DNA of 64,000 bases from Promethearchaeia archaeon (GTDB taxonomy: Archaea > Asgardarchaeota > Lokiarchaeia > Sigyniarchaeales > SOKP01): contig JAHQWL010000085.1 in NCBI GenBank assembly GCA_029856155.1, forward strand, positions 29,846-93,845. Direction: 5' to 3'. Both the position numbers and the translations under genes were made by a program. The notes beneath the pieces are model-generated. The model was not told where the DNA came from. It did no database searches and saw only the letters and a list, made by a program, of their open reading frames with translations. Positions 30,655 through 40,476 of this stretch are shown here, piece after piece. Position 1 is the first letter of the stretch. Each line of letters begins with the position of its first letter.

Positions 30655-31395
30655 TTAAGTGTTTTCTTCTTCCTTTTTTTTCTTTATATAGATAATAAAA
30701 TCCCTCTCTTGTCTCTTTTTTTCTTGAAGAGCTCGAGTTTTCGGATTTGGAACGCTTAAAATTTTCAATATCCCCGAAATGATTCCAATTAAAGATACAA
30801 TATAGAAAAACCATCCCCAAACCTTTGTTATAAATAAATTATAGTCAATTGCTTTGCCTGAAACTAGTATAGTATAAATGTACTCATAAGGGATTGTTAC
30901 ATTTAGAATTATTCCATTATTATTAAAGCTTATTTTTGCACTCCCTTCTATTATAACATCATCTGCAGGTAATACCCTTACTGCACTAGATATATATATA
31001 GGATTGTCCTCTAAATTATAATAATAAGTGTTTATAACAGGATAAACTGCTTCTCGGTCTGGTTCAACTGTGAGTTTGAATGTAATTTCATAAAATCCTA
31101 AACTAGAGACATTTTCACTTGTATAGGTATTATATTTTAACCTTATTATAAAATAGTCAGAAGCTGTATAAAAATGGCCACTAGTTTCATGTGTTATGTA
31201 TATATTTAAATTAAGACCACCAATCCCTTCTGGAAAGGAAGTTTCGAAATTTCGATTTGAACTATCCTTAAATTCAAAAAATTGACCAATGTTTAACATT
31301 ACTGGAAGTAAAAAAATCCAAACAACTATCAACCCTAATAAAATGAATAAAATTGTTCGCCTGAGTGTATTTTCTGTAATTTTTAAAACTCCCAA
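30655..31395 (-). CDS. Hypothetical membrane protein (two TM helices flanking an extracellular domain)
   Basis: N- and C-terminal hydrophobic helices. Confidence 0.7.
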   Translation of the reverse strand: MGVLKITENTLRRTILFILLGLIVVWIFLLPVMLNIGQFFEFKDSSNRNFETSFPEGIGGLNLNIYITHETSGHFYTASDYFIIRLKYNTYTSENVSSLGFYEITFKLTVEPDREAVYPVINTYYYNLEDNPIYISSAVRVLPADDVIIEGSAKISFNNNGIILNVTIPYEYIYTILVSGKAIDYNLFITKVWGWFFYIVSLIGIISGILKILSVPNPKTRALQEKKRQERDFIIYIKKKKEEENT

Positions 31396-31622
31396 TTTTT
31401 GTATTTTTAGAGATAATTAATTTCATATTATATAATTATAGTATTTAAATGTAATGAATGGATACAAAATAGTAAAATCTCTTGAATGAACTTTTAATGA
31501 TCATAATATTAAATTATTGCTTCAATTAGTTTGGTTAGCTGCTCAGATTGTTTTTTATTTTTTTGCTCTCAAATTAAAAAAAAAAAATTAATTCTTGACT
31601 TATTTATAAATAGCAATATCTC

Positions 31623-31946
31623 TTATTGCATTCTTTCTACTTTAAAAATAACTGGTCGAAACCAATCACTACATCCAGTAATAATTGTACCTTTATATTT
31701 CATTCCCATAACGTCTCCTCCAGAAGCAACAAGCATTATATCATTTTTTATGTCTGCCCAAGCCCAATCACAAAATCCATCTGGAACCTTAGGAATATTT
31801 GGATCAATTATTATTTCTTGTCCTTCTTTAAAAATTTCACAGAGTTCCATACCAGTATATTCATCACTGATAAATTGTTCAATTAAGTCCTTATTCAATG
31901 ACCTTTTCAATACTGTTATTTTACATTTTGGCATAGAATAACTCAT
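31623..31946 (-). CDS. TIGR04076-like Cys-containing protein
   Basis: C..FKEGQE, PDGFCDWAW, CSDWFRPVIFKVER; GGAGGT RBS. Confidence 0.8.
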   Translation of the reverse strand: MSYSMPKCKITVLKRSLNKDLIEQFISDEYTGMELCEIFKEGQEIIIDPNIPKVPDGFCDWAWADIKNDIMLVASGGDVMGMKYKGTIITGCSDWFRPVIFKVERMQ

Positions 31947-32036
31947 TTTTTGACCTCCTTCACTATGACAATTTTAAAATTCTATATTTTATATTGATAT
32001 ATTAAAGGAAAATTATAAAGATCTTTAAATTTTAAT

Positions 32037-33275
32037 ATGGAGAATCGCCCAGAATTAGTTGCACCAATCCAAGAATGGAGTTCCCTGAAAATAGTATCTG
32101 GTTTAGCGGATGCTATATATTTTGGCGTAAAACAGTATAATATGAGACAAAAAGCTAAAAATTTCGAAAGAAAAGATTTAAGAAAGGTGACTGAATTTTG
32201 TCATAGCCAAAATCCACCAATAAAAGCATATTTAACAACAAATATTCTAATCTATGATACAGAGTTACAAGATTTAGAAAGACTGATTTTGGACGCTAAG
32301 GATTCTGATATTGATGCTATTATTGCTCACGATCTTGCGACTATCAGAATCGCAAAAAGAAATAATATGAAATTTCATATATCAACACAAGCTAACGTTT
32401 CTAATATTGAAGCTGCGAAATTTTATGAGGAACTTGGAGCAGAAAGGATAATTTTGGCTAGGGAATTATCATTAAAGCAAATCAAGCTTATAAAACATTT
32501 ACTTTCAAAAACAAAAATTGAGTGTTTTGTTCACGGTTCAATGTGTACTTCAATTTCAGGACGATGTTATTTTTCTGCTACTATTACTGATTCAGAAGAA
32601 TATTCTGCAAACCGTGGAAACTGTCTCCAACCATGCAGAAGAGAATGGAGAGTGTTAGATGATAAGAATAATGAATTTATTTATGATGGTCAGTTGTTTT
32701 TGAATGCTAAAGATCTTTGCATGATAGAATATATCCCCGAATTAATAAATGCTCAAATAGATGCATTCAAGATAGAAGGAAGAATGAAAGATCCTTTATA
32801 TGTAAAAACCGTAGTTGAGTGTTATAGAGAAGCTTTAGATAGTTATTTTAATAGAACATATACTAAAGATAAAATAAAGATTTGGTTGGAAAAATTATCA
32901 AGTGTGTATAATAGGGGCTTTCATACAGGTTTTTATTTCCAAAAGCCGACTATTGAGGAAATTGAATTAGATAAAAGAGGAAATATCTCACGTTATAAAA
33001 AACATTACTTAGGAAAAATATTATCCTATGATGAAAACAGCAAATCTGCTAATGTTCTATTAGAAAGTCTAGAATTTCCTTTAAAAGTTGGTGATGAAAT
33101 AATTATTACTGGTCCTAATACTTTTACCAATGAAACAATAAAAAAAATGATATATAAAGGAGAAAAGATTAAAAGTATAGTTAGAAAACGTTATAGTGAC
33201 CCAGTAAGAATTAATCTTCGTATTAATAAAGAGGTCGAAATGAACGATAAAATTTTTATATTACACTTAAAGTAA
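32037..33275 (+). CDS. Peptidase U32-family protein (Fe-S hydroxylation family)
   Basis: HISTQAN, ILARELS, ECFVHGSMC...SGRC, NRGNCLQPCR, FKIEGRMK. Confidence 0.93.
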   Translation: MENRPELVAPIQEWSSLKIVSGLADAIYFGVKQYNMRQKAKNFERKDLRKVTEFCHSQNPPIKAYLTTNILIYDTELQDLERLILDAKDSDIDAIIAHDLATIRIAKRNNMKFHISTQANVSNIEAAKFYEELGAERIILARELSLKQIKLIKHLLSKTKIECFVHGSMCTSISGRCYFSATITDSEEYSANRGNCLQPCRREWRVLDDKNNEFIYDGQLFLNAKDLCMIEYIPELINAQIDAFKIEGRMKDPLYVKTVVECYREALDSYFNRTYTKDKIKIWLEKLSSVYNRGFHTGFYFQKPTIEEIELDKRGNISRYKKHYLGKILSYDENSKSANVLLESLEFPLKVGDEIIITGPNTFTNETIKKMIYKGEKIKSIVRKRYSDPVRINLRINKEVEMNDKIFILHLK

Positions 33276-33283
33276 TAAACGCA

Positions 33284-33964
33284 ATGAATTTCGAGGAAAA
33301 AAGGAAAAAACTTGTTGAAAGTTTAAAAAGTCGAGAGATATTAACAAAGCAAAATGTAATTAGGGCAATGTTAATTGTTCCAAGACATAAATTCGTACCA
33401 AAAGATGCAGAATCAAGCGCATATATGGATTCTCCCCTTTCTATTGGATTAGGTCAGACAATTAGCGCCCCTCATATGAATGCTATGATGTGTGAATATC
33501 TTGAACTGAAAGAAGGGGATAAAGTATTAGAAATAGGTACGGGGTCAGGTTACCATGCAGCTTTATGTGCTGAATTAGTAGCACCGGAAAATTCGAAAAC
33601 TCCAGGCCATATATATACAATTGAGCGACATGAAGGATTGGTAGAAAACGCTAAAAGGAGTCTTAAAGAAACGGGATATGATCAAAATGTTACAGTAATT
33701 CATGGAGATGGAACATTAGGATTCCCCAAAGAAGCACCTTATGATAAAATATTAGTAACCGCCGCTTCCCCAACAAAGATCCCTCTTCCCCTAAGAGACC
33801 AGTTAATTGATGGTGGTATCCTCTGTATCCCTGCGGGATCTAAAAGTTTTAGCCAAAATTTATATATTATTAGAAAACAAGGAGAACATTTTGACACAAC
33901 CAAAATTACAGGAGTCCGGTTTGTCCCTCTTATTGGAAAATATGGATTTGAATCCTCAGACTAG
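33284..33964 (+). CDS. pcm: Protein-L-isoaspartate O-methyltransferase
   Basis: VPRHKFVP, GQTISAPHM, VLEIGTGSGY, APYDKILVTAA, RFVPLIG. Confidence 0.96.
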   Translation: MNFEEKRKKLVESLKSREILTKQNVIRAMLIVPRHKFVPKDAESSAYMDSPLSIGLGQTISAPHMNAMMCEYLELKEGDKVLEIGTGSGYHAALCAELVAPENSKTPGHIYTIERHEGLVENAKRSLKETGYDQNVTVIHGDGTLGFPKEAPYDKILVTAASPTKIPLPLRDQLIDGGILCIPAGSKSFSQNLYIIRKQGEHFDTTKITGVRFVPLIGKYGFESSD

Positions 33965-33980
33965 GGAAAATTCTACAAAA

Positions 33981-34130
33981 TTAATTGATTTTCCTTAATT
34001 TTTTTAATTTCTTGCTTCTTAGTTCATCTCTAATCCGTTTCACATATTCTGATCTTTCAATACACACTTGTAGATTTTCATCACAACAATTCCAACTAGA
34101 GCATCTTTCCTTGGCATAAGAAACGGTCAA
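33981..34130 (-). CDS. Possible 49-aa protein with four Cys and a basic tail
   Basis: TTG start with AAGGT upstream; MTVSYAKERCSSWNCCDENLQVCIERSEYVKRIRDELRSKKLKKLRKIN. Confidence 0.4.
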   Translation of the reverse strand: MTVSYAKERCSSWNCCDENLQVCIERSEYVKRIRDELRSKKLKKLRKIN

Positions 34131-34300
34131 AATTCAGTTTACCTTTTAATTGTGTTTTTAACTCTATTTCATTCATAAAAAGATGAGCGGGATATTTTAA
34201 AGTAATGTTTATGAATGTGAAAAGTTTTAGCTATATCTTCTAAAAAATATAAAGAAAGAATAATTGTGAATTATAAAAATTAGGTCCTAATAGAATAAGG

Positions 34301-34444
34301 TTATTTCTGGAGTTTTTTTCGAAGTTTTTTCTCCATTAACTTTTTTCGAGTATTTCGAACAAAGTGATTATTTTCAATAGTTGTTTTCAATGTTTTTTTG
34401 TTATAAACCCAGCCACTCCGCTTCCCATTTCCAGTAACTCCCAT
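34301..34444 (-). CDS. Possible 47-aa highly basic small protein
   Basis: MGVTGNGKRSGWVYNKKTLKTTIENNHFVRNTRKKLMEKKLRKKLQK; AGGT upstream. Confidence 0.5.
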   Translation of the reverse strand: MGVTGNGKRSGWVYNKKTLKTTIENNHFVRNTRKKLMEKKLRKKLQK

Positions 34445-34575
34445 AAATGTCAAAACCTACATTAAAATATATATTTTATAGGTGATATTAGGTCCTTAAT
34501 ATATTTAAAGATAGGTAATATCGACAAAATTCTCACGTATATTACACATTTGTAAGGAAAACAAAAGTTTAAATA

Positions 34576-36750
34576 TCAAAAAATTTCTAGTTTTAGATGA
34601 AATTCTAAATTCTTACTAAGTTTAAGAAAGGGAGTAACATTGATTCCTTGATAAATCTCTTTATAGCCCTCATCTGTAAAAGCATATGCAATTATTGGAA
34701 ATTTATTAATTTTAATTTTATCGCTTTTACTTAAAAGCTTAATTTCAAAATTAAGATCATAAGTTTCATCATAAGCTTTAAAATGATGACCGATATATTG
34801 AAATGGTTCTAATAATTCTATTTTAATATCATCTTCAAGATCCACTTGCTTGCTTTCCCATTTGAATTTAGTTGTATCTCCATTAAAGAAAAAAGGAATG
34901 TCAACAGCTACATTTAATTTATTAACAATACGGTTTAACATTTTTTCTTTTCCGGGGATTTCATTGAAATTAATTCTTATTATAACTTCAATTTCATTAT
35001 CTTCTACATATATATCTTTTGTAATTCGCACGGGATTCCTATCATCAGTGTCAGGATCTTTTATACTTCCAATTCTTTCCATTTCTATTATGGCAATTTT
35101 TCCTTCTTTTTCACTACTTGTAACCCTGTAGCCTTCATCAACAAAATCTCCAAAGTCATAATATTGATCGGCTTGAAGCTGTTCAAGCGTCACATCTTCA
35201 TGTAAAAATCTAAGGCGTAGAAGACTTCTTCTAAATCGATCAACCAACACTTCCTTTGATTCAAGTTTCTTGCTATCATGATAAGCTTCAGGCCATCTCG
35301 TTAATGTATTTAACAAATTATAAGATTTGGGTTTATAATCTAATTCAAAAATTGTTCCTGCATCATTAGGATTAATATAAATGTTTAAAAGATCTGATTC
35401 AATTAAGTACTCTGTTTTACTATCCTTAATAAAATCAGTCGGTGTTATATATATATAGGATTTCAATTTTGGATTGATTAAAGTATTTATTTCATCAATT
35501 ATCTTCTCAGTATTTATCAAATGTGTATATACTGAAAACCTTAAAAATTGTAAATAGACACCTCCAAATAATCCGTGCCAATAGCAATCATTACATTGAG
35601 CTTTATAAATCTCATCCCATGCTTTGTTTATCTTTTTCAGTAGTAAAGAAATAAATTGTTCATCTTCAACTTTTAGTAGTTTCTCTTCAGTGGAAATTAG
35701 TTTATTTCTTACATAAATCATTTTCTTGTGCATATTATTAGATTCTGGGTATTTTACAAGGAAATATCTCCAAAAACCTCCCTTTAAAAATTGATATATT
35801 TCACTTTTGGTGATATCTTCTTTCAGATTCTTTCTAATTCTTTTGAAGTTCTTGCGAATGGGTGTTGGGAGTGCCCATTCCTCCATTTTATCGTAACTTG
35901 CTGTTGGAAGGTATATTAAACCTTTTGCGGGGAATTTTTCCATATATTCTGACAGTGTAATAGATTTAATCCATGTATTATTTCTTATTTGTTCGAAAAA
36001 TGCGGGAATGAAAGGCTTTCCATTATCTCCATCTTTATGACCTTGCCCTTCTACATAACAGATTTGGTGAGTAGTACCCCACACACCCATCTTTTCAGCA
36101 TCAGATATTAATAAAGCAACTCGATCCCCTTTTTCATCTGAAATTTTATTTAAATAATCAATTGATAAATAAGTTGGCTTCCAGGGTGTTAAATATCTCA
36201 ATTCTTCATTAATAGGAAAAATACGCAATGTTTTTCCTTCATCTTCAGTAATGTATGAATACAATGTTCCCTCTTCCGTAATTCCGGTGGAGCGAAAATG
36301 ATTATCATCAACAATAACATATTTCAATCCAACATCGTTTAAAAATGAAGGATAATTCGGTTCCCATACTCTTTCTGATAACCAAGCACCCTTGACATCT
36401 AACCCGAATTTTTTTTTAATTAAGTCAGATAACTTTTTCATTTGAGCTATTTTATCACGATAAGGGATAATAGCAAAAATAGGTTCATAATAACCCCCTC
36501 CAATTATTTCTATCTGACCCCTCTTCGCCATAATTTTTATTTTATCTACAAATTCAGGCTTATGATTTAGAAACCATTCTAATAAATTACCAGAAAAGTG
36601 AAGAGTAATTTTTATATCTTCAAATTGATATATATTGTCAATAAGAGGTTCGTACGATTTTTTATATACATCTTCAAATACCCATTCAAAATTATCTACA
36701 GGTTGGTGAAAATGAAAGACGATAGGTAAATGAATACTTCTTTCACGCAT
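34576..36750 (-). CDS. GH57 alpha-amylase/4-alpha-glucanotransferase
   Basis: HFHQP, GGYYEP, GAWLSERVW, SDAEKMG, ASYDKMEEW, AQCNDCYWHGLFGG. Confidence 0.93.
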   Translation of the reverse strand: MRERSIHLPIVFHFHQPVDNFEWVFEDVYKKSYEPLIDNIYQFEDIKITLHFSGNLLEWFLNHKPEFVDKIKIMAKRGQIEIIGGGYYEPIFAIIPYRDKIAQMKKLSDLIKKKFGLDVKGAWLSERVWEPNYPSFLNDVGLKYVIVDDNHFRSTGITEEGTLYSYITEDEGKTLRIFPINEELRYLTPWKPTYLSIDYLNKISDEKGDRVALLISDAEKMGVWGTTHQICYVEGQGHKDGDNGKPFIPAFFEQIRNNTWIKSITLSEYMEKFPAKGLIYLPTASYDKMEEWALPTPIRKNFKRIRKNLKEDITKSEIYQFLKGGFWRYFLVKYPESNNMHKKMIYVRNKLISTEEKLLKVEDEQFISLLLKKINKAWDEIYKAQCNDCYWHGLFGGVYLQFLRFSVYTHLINTEKIIDEINTLINPKLKSYIYITPTDFIKDSKTEYLIESDLLNIYINPNDAGTIFELDYKPKSYNLLNTLTRWPEAYHDSKKLESKEVLVDRFRRSLLRLRFLHEDVTLEQLQADQYYDFGDFVDEGYRVTSSEKEGKIAIIEMERIGSIKDPDTDDRNPVRITKDIYVEDNEIEVIIRINFNEIPGKEKMLNRIVNKLNVAVDIPFFFNGDTTKFKWESKQVDLEDDIKIELLEPFQYIGHHFKAYDETYDLNFEIKLLSKSDKIKINKFPIIAYAFTDEGYKEIYQGINVTPFLKLSKNLEFHLKLEIF

Positions 36751-36841
36751 ATCTTTGAATTCACTATATAATGTGGTTAAATATATGTAAAAATTTTTAC
36801 TTATAAAAGATAACTAATTATATTATTGAAAACTGAAATAA

Positions 36842-38572
36842 TTGGTTTTTATGTTTAAATATATTGATAAGAATGTGATCCAAGGAATTTGTAATTCGAA
36901 TGAGTTTAAGGGATGGCTGCTCTCAAGAAGATGGTTTGGAGATAAATCAGCTCTATCAAATTTAGAATTTGATGTGTTGCTACAATATTTTGAAACGATC
37001 GCGGAAAGAATTTTCCTAACAATAATTGATGTAAAGACTGCAACTTATTCTAAGACTTATTTTATTCCTTTAATCTATTACGAAAAAATTGAAAATATTC
37101 TTGAGCCTAATGAAAAAACTCGTTCTAATATTTTGCACCTTACTGAAAATACATTTAGTAAAAAATTAGCTATGACTGTTAAAAATGAACAAAAAATAAT
37201 AACACTTAATTTACTAGAGGCTGAATTCTGTGTTTTTTTCTGGAAGAAAATGTTATTTGACGCAGCTATTTCTGAAAAGTTTCCAAAAATGGATTTGGAA
37301 CTAACACTTTATAGTAAACAATTCGAAGATGATACTAACATGAAGAAGGTTCAAAATTTAATAGAAGCGGGATTATATCCGGATCGATATGAGCTTTCAT
37401 TAGACCAATTAGGGAAAGGAAATACTACCAATCTCCTCTTTTCATTAAATATATATAATAAAAGAACTCCATCCCAAAAACCAATTTCGTATGTATTAAA
37501 ATCTTATAAAGATTATTCTTTAAGTTTAGAACCCTCTACATTATATGTTTTAGTAAAAAATAAGTTTCCAAATGCACCTAAAATCTATGGTACAATAAAG
37601 ATCCAAGATAAAGAAACAGTTGGAATAATAGAAAGTGTTCCTAATGAAGGAAATTTAGGAGATATATATTGGAATGAGCTAAATAATATGATTAAAACAG
37701 TATTTAAAGATATTAATGATAATTTTTCTTCGCTTACTGAAAAATCAAATATCTCGAAAATGATTAAAGAAAAATGTGTTGAAACTATAAATGTATCTAT
37801 TGAGATAGGAAACTATATCAAAAACTTACATAAATCCTTAATTTTATCCTCCCAGAAAGAGTACAATTTAGAATCAGTAAATAGTGAAAAGTACCTTAAA
37901 ATTTATACAGATAGATTAAATTCAATGATTTCAGAATTGCTAAGTCATATGACTGAGCAACCAGAAAGTGCATTTTTCAACTTACCAAAAATAAGTTCAA
38001 TCCTTATAGACATTAAAGATATTATCCAGAGATTTCGTTCAGAATTCAAAGAAACAGAGATTAAAATTCAACCTGTGCATCAAGACTTACATATGGAACA
38101 GATTCTATTCAATAAAGTTGAGAATCATTATGATTTTTACTTTATTGATTTTGAAGGTGATCCGCAACTATCCTTTGAGGAAAAGAAAGGTAAATTCCCC
38201 ATTGAAAAAGATTTGGCTTCTTTTTTAAGAGCTTTGAGTTATATAAAATTTAATACTTTACTCAAGTTTATTGAGCAAAAAATAATTCGAAAAGAGAAAT
38301 ATGAAGTACCTGAAGAAATTCTTTATAATCTTTATTTCAGGAGAGCTGCTAGACCCATAAAAAAAGTTCTTGATATTGTTCTCAACGTTCTTAATATATG
38401 GGAATCAAAATTAATAGGAAAAATATTGAAAAATCTAAACCCAAATTATATTCTAATTACGTATTTTTATATGGAAAGGGCTTTATATGAATTAAATTAT
38501 GAAATTTTATTCCGCCCGAATAAAACAATCGTTCCAATTTTAGGTTTAAAAGAAATTGTAGATAAAAGTTAA
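36842..38572 (+). CDS. Maltokinase (Mak/Pep2)-like kinase
   Basis: WL.SRRWFGDK, VHQDLHMEQIL, FIDFEGDP, KDLASFLRA, ERALYELNYE..RP. Confidence 0.8.
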   Translation: MVFMFKYIDKNVIQGICNSNEFKGWLLSRRWFGDKSALSNLEFDVLLQYFETIAERIFLTIIDVKTATYSKTYFIPLIYYEKIENILEPNEKTRSNILHLTENTFSKKLAMTVKNEQKIITLNLLEAEFCVFFWKKMLFDAAISEKFPKMDLELTLYSKQFEDDTNMKKVQNLIEAGLYPDRYELSLDQLGKGNTTNLLFSLNIYNKRTPSQKPISYVLKSYKDYSLSLEPSTLYVLVKNKFPNAPKIYGTIKIQDKETVGIIESVPNEGNLGDIYWNELNNMIKTVFKDINDNFSSLTEKSNISKMIKEKCVETINVSIEIGNYIKNLHKSLILSSQKEYNLESVNSEKYLKIYTDRLNSMISELLSHMTEQPESAFFNLPKISSILIDIKDIIQRFRSEFKETEIKIQPVHQDLHMEQILFNKVENHYDFYFIDFEGDPQLSFEEKKGKFPIEKDLASFLRALSYIKFNTLLKFIEQKIIRKEKYEVPEEILYNLYFRRAARPIKKVLDIVLNVLNIWESKLIGKILKNLNPNYILITYFYMERALYELNYEILFRPNKTIVPILGLKEIVDKS

Positions 38573-38595
38573 TTTTTTTTTGCTTCTTATTTTTA

Positions 38596-39255
38596 TTAAG
38601 TTTCTTCTTCGGCTATTTTAGCAAATTCATATGAAAAATGAGATGAGGATCGCTCTACAGGGTGTACCTGTTTCTCATAAGCAGTCCTTATTTTACTTTG
38701 GTTTTCTATTTTTGATGAAATCCAATCTGGATTAAATTCTCCTTTGTTAAAAATCGTCCATATGAACGCTTCTACAAATTTTATAGGACCAAATTTCTTA
38801 TCTATTAATAAGTATTTTTCATCATCTGTAAATTTACGGAAAAAGCCTAGATTATCACACATTTCTATTTTATAATCCATATCATCTAATTTACCATTAA
38901 TTCTTGCACAATCATTTATAAATCGAGCTAATTTTTCACCTAAAACTATTTGTTCTTCTTCATCCCAATTCTCTATAAGTTTTCTTAAAAAACTTCTTTT
39001 TATAATTATTAAATCTCGATCATTTAATGACTGAATTGAAATCTTTTGTTTTATTATATATTTTGACATTTCTAAATAATTTCTTATAAGATCGGCCTTA
39101 GAAACCCCTAATTTTGCGCGAGTTTTTTCTATATTATAGTTCAATTCTTCATCAATTCTTACAGTTATGACGCTTGTTGAATCAATTAATTTATTCCTTC
39201 TTTGTGAAACAATTTTTTCTGGATTTGATGATTTTTGTACAGGGTTTCTACTCAA
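38596..39255 (-). CDS. Ribbon-helix-helix DNA-binding protein
   Basis: VITVRIDEEL.....GVSKADLIRNYL; GAGGT RBS 7 nt before TTG. Confidence 0.78.
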   Translation of the reverse strand: MSRNPVQKSSNPEKIVSQRRNKLIDSTSVITVRIDEELNYNIEKTRAKLGVSKADLIRNYLEMSKYIIKQKISIQSLNDRDLIIIKRSFLRKLIENWDEEEQIVLGEKLARFINDCARINGKLDDMDYKIEMCDNLGFFRKFTDDEKYLLIDKKFGPIKFVEAFIWTIFNKGEFNPDWISSKIENQSKIRTAYEKQVHPVERSSSHFSYEFAKIAEEET

Positions 39256-40055
39256 TTATAATACCTCAATAATATTTTGTTTGTAATATTTGTATTAATT
39301 TTATAGTATATGTAATATAAGTAACTTATGAATATAAATGATTGTGATTTACAATTTCTTTTAAAAGTCATGGGAAAGTAAATATACAATTAATAAATAT
39401 TTCATTATATATTTATTTGGATATTATCACTTGTATACTGTTTTAATCTAAGGAGATCCAGCTTTCAAATAATGAATCTTATTTTAAGTTCAGTTTAATA
39501 AAATATTTTAATTAGGATTTTGAGAATTTAAAAGAAATATTTATAGAGATTTAGAATTAATATTTATCCAGAATACTTTGTTTGTTAATTTTTATATATT
39601 TATTATGAATAGTAAATTTTACAAATATATCAAAAACATAAAAGAAAATAAAAATATTCAAGATTTTTATCGTAATGGGATTCGTGTGGTATTTTAATAA
39701 TTTTTGGAAAGATTTTTATTAAAATCACAATGTTCACTCTAAATATACTTTAATTAATATAGAGAACCAGTTTATTTAAAGGATATAATAAATTATCTAA
39801 ATATTTGATAATAGTTTCAAATCTAAAGATTTGGAATCACTCAATGAATTTAATTTTGTTAAAAGAACACTTCATTAAATAAATAATCCCCAATACAAAA
39901 ATAAGATATAGTTAATTTTAATACCAATTGTAATCATTGTAATTATTTGTAAATCTTATATACAAAAGATACACAAGGTAAATATAAATACCGTCAAAAA
40001 TATTGATTTAATGTAAATAACTACTAGAACTTTATTAAGGGTTGGATAAAAAGTC

Positions 40056-40379
40056 ATGGAAATTACACAAACTGGTATTTTAGAAGTCAATTTGCAAAAT
40101 AAATCTGAAACCGTTTCTGTAAAGGTAGATGAGCAAATTGAAAAGATTGTAAAAGCCTTATCATCACGAACCAGGCGTCAAATACTCCATCATATTCAAG
40201 AAGAACCGATGGATGTTTCTAATATTGCAGCTAGTTTAGCTATGACTGAAGCAAATATTTCTGCTCAAATTAAGAAACTTGAAGAAGCAGGTTTAATTAC
40301 TTGCGATTACGCATCCGGTGACCACGGGGTTCGTAAAATTAGCAAGTTAAAATTTAATAAACTTGTAATAGAGTTTTAA
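40056..40379 (+). CDS. ArsR-family HTH regulator
   Basis: KALSSRTRRQIL, IAASL..TEANISAQIKKLEEAGLI. Confidence 0.9.
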   Translation: MEITQTGILEVNLQNKSETVSVKVDEQIEKIVKALSSRTRRQILHHIQEEPMDVSNIAASLAMTEANISAQIKKLEEAGLITCDYASGDHGVRKISKLKFNKLVIEF

Positions 40380-40476
40380 TCACTTCTAATTTTTGACAGA
40401 AAGCTTAAAAAAGGGATTTAAACTAGATATATACTTAATATTATAAGAAAGAAATAAAATTCAACAATAAATTAAT

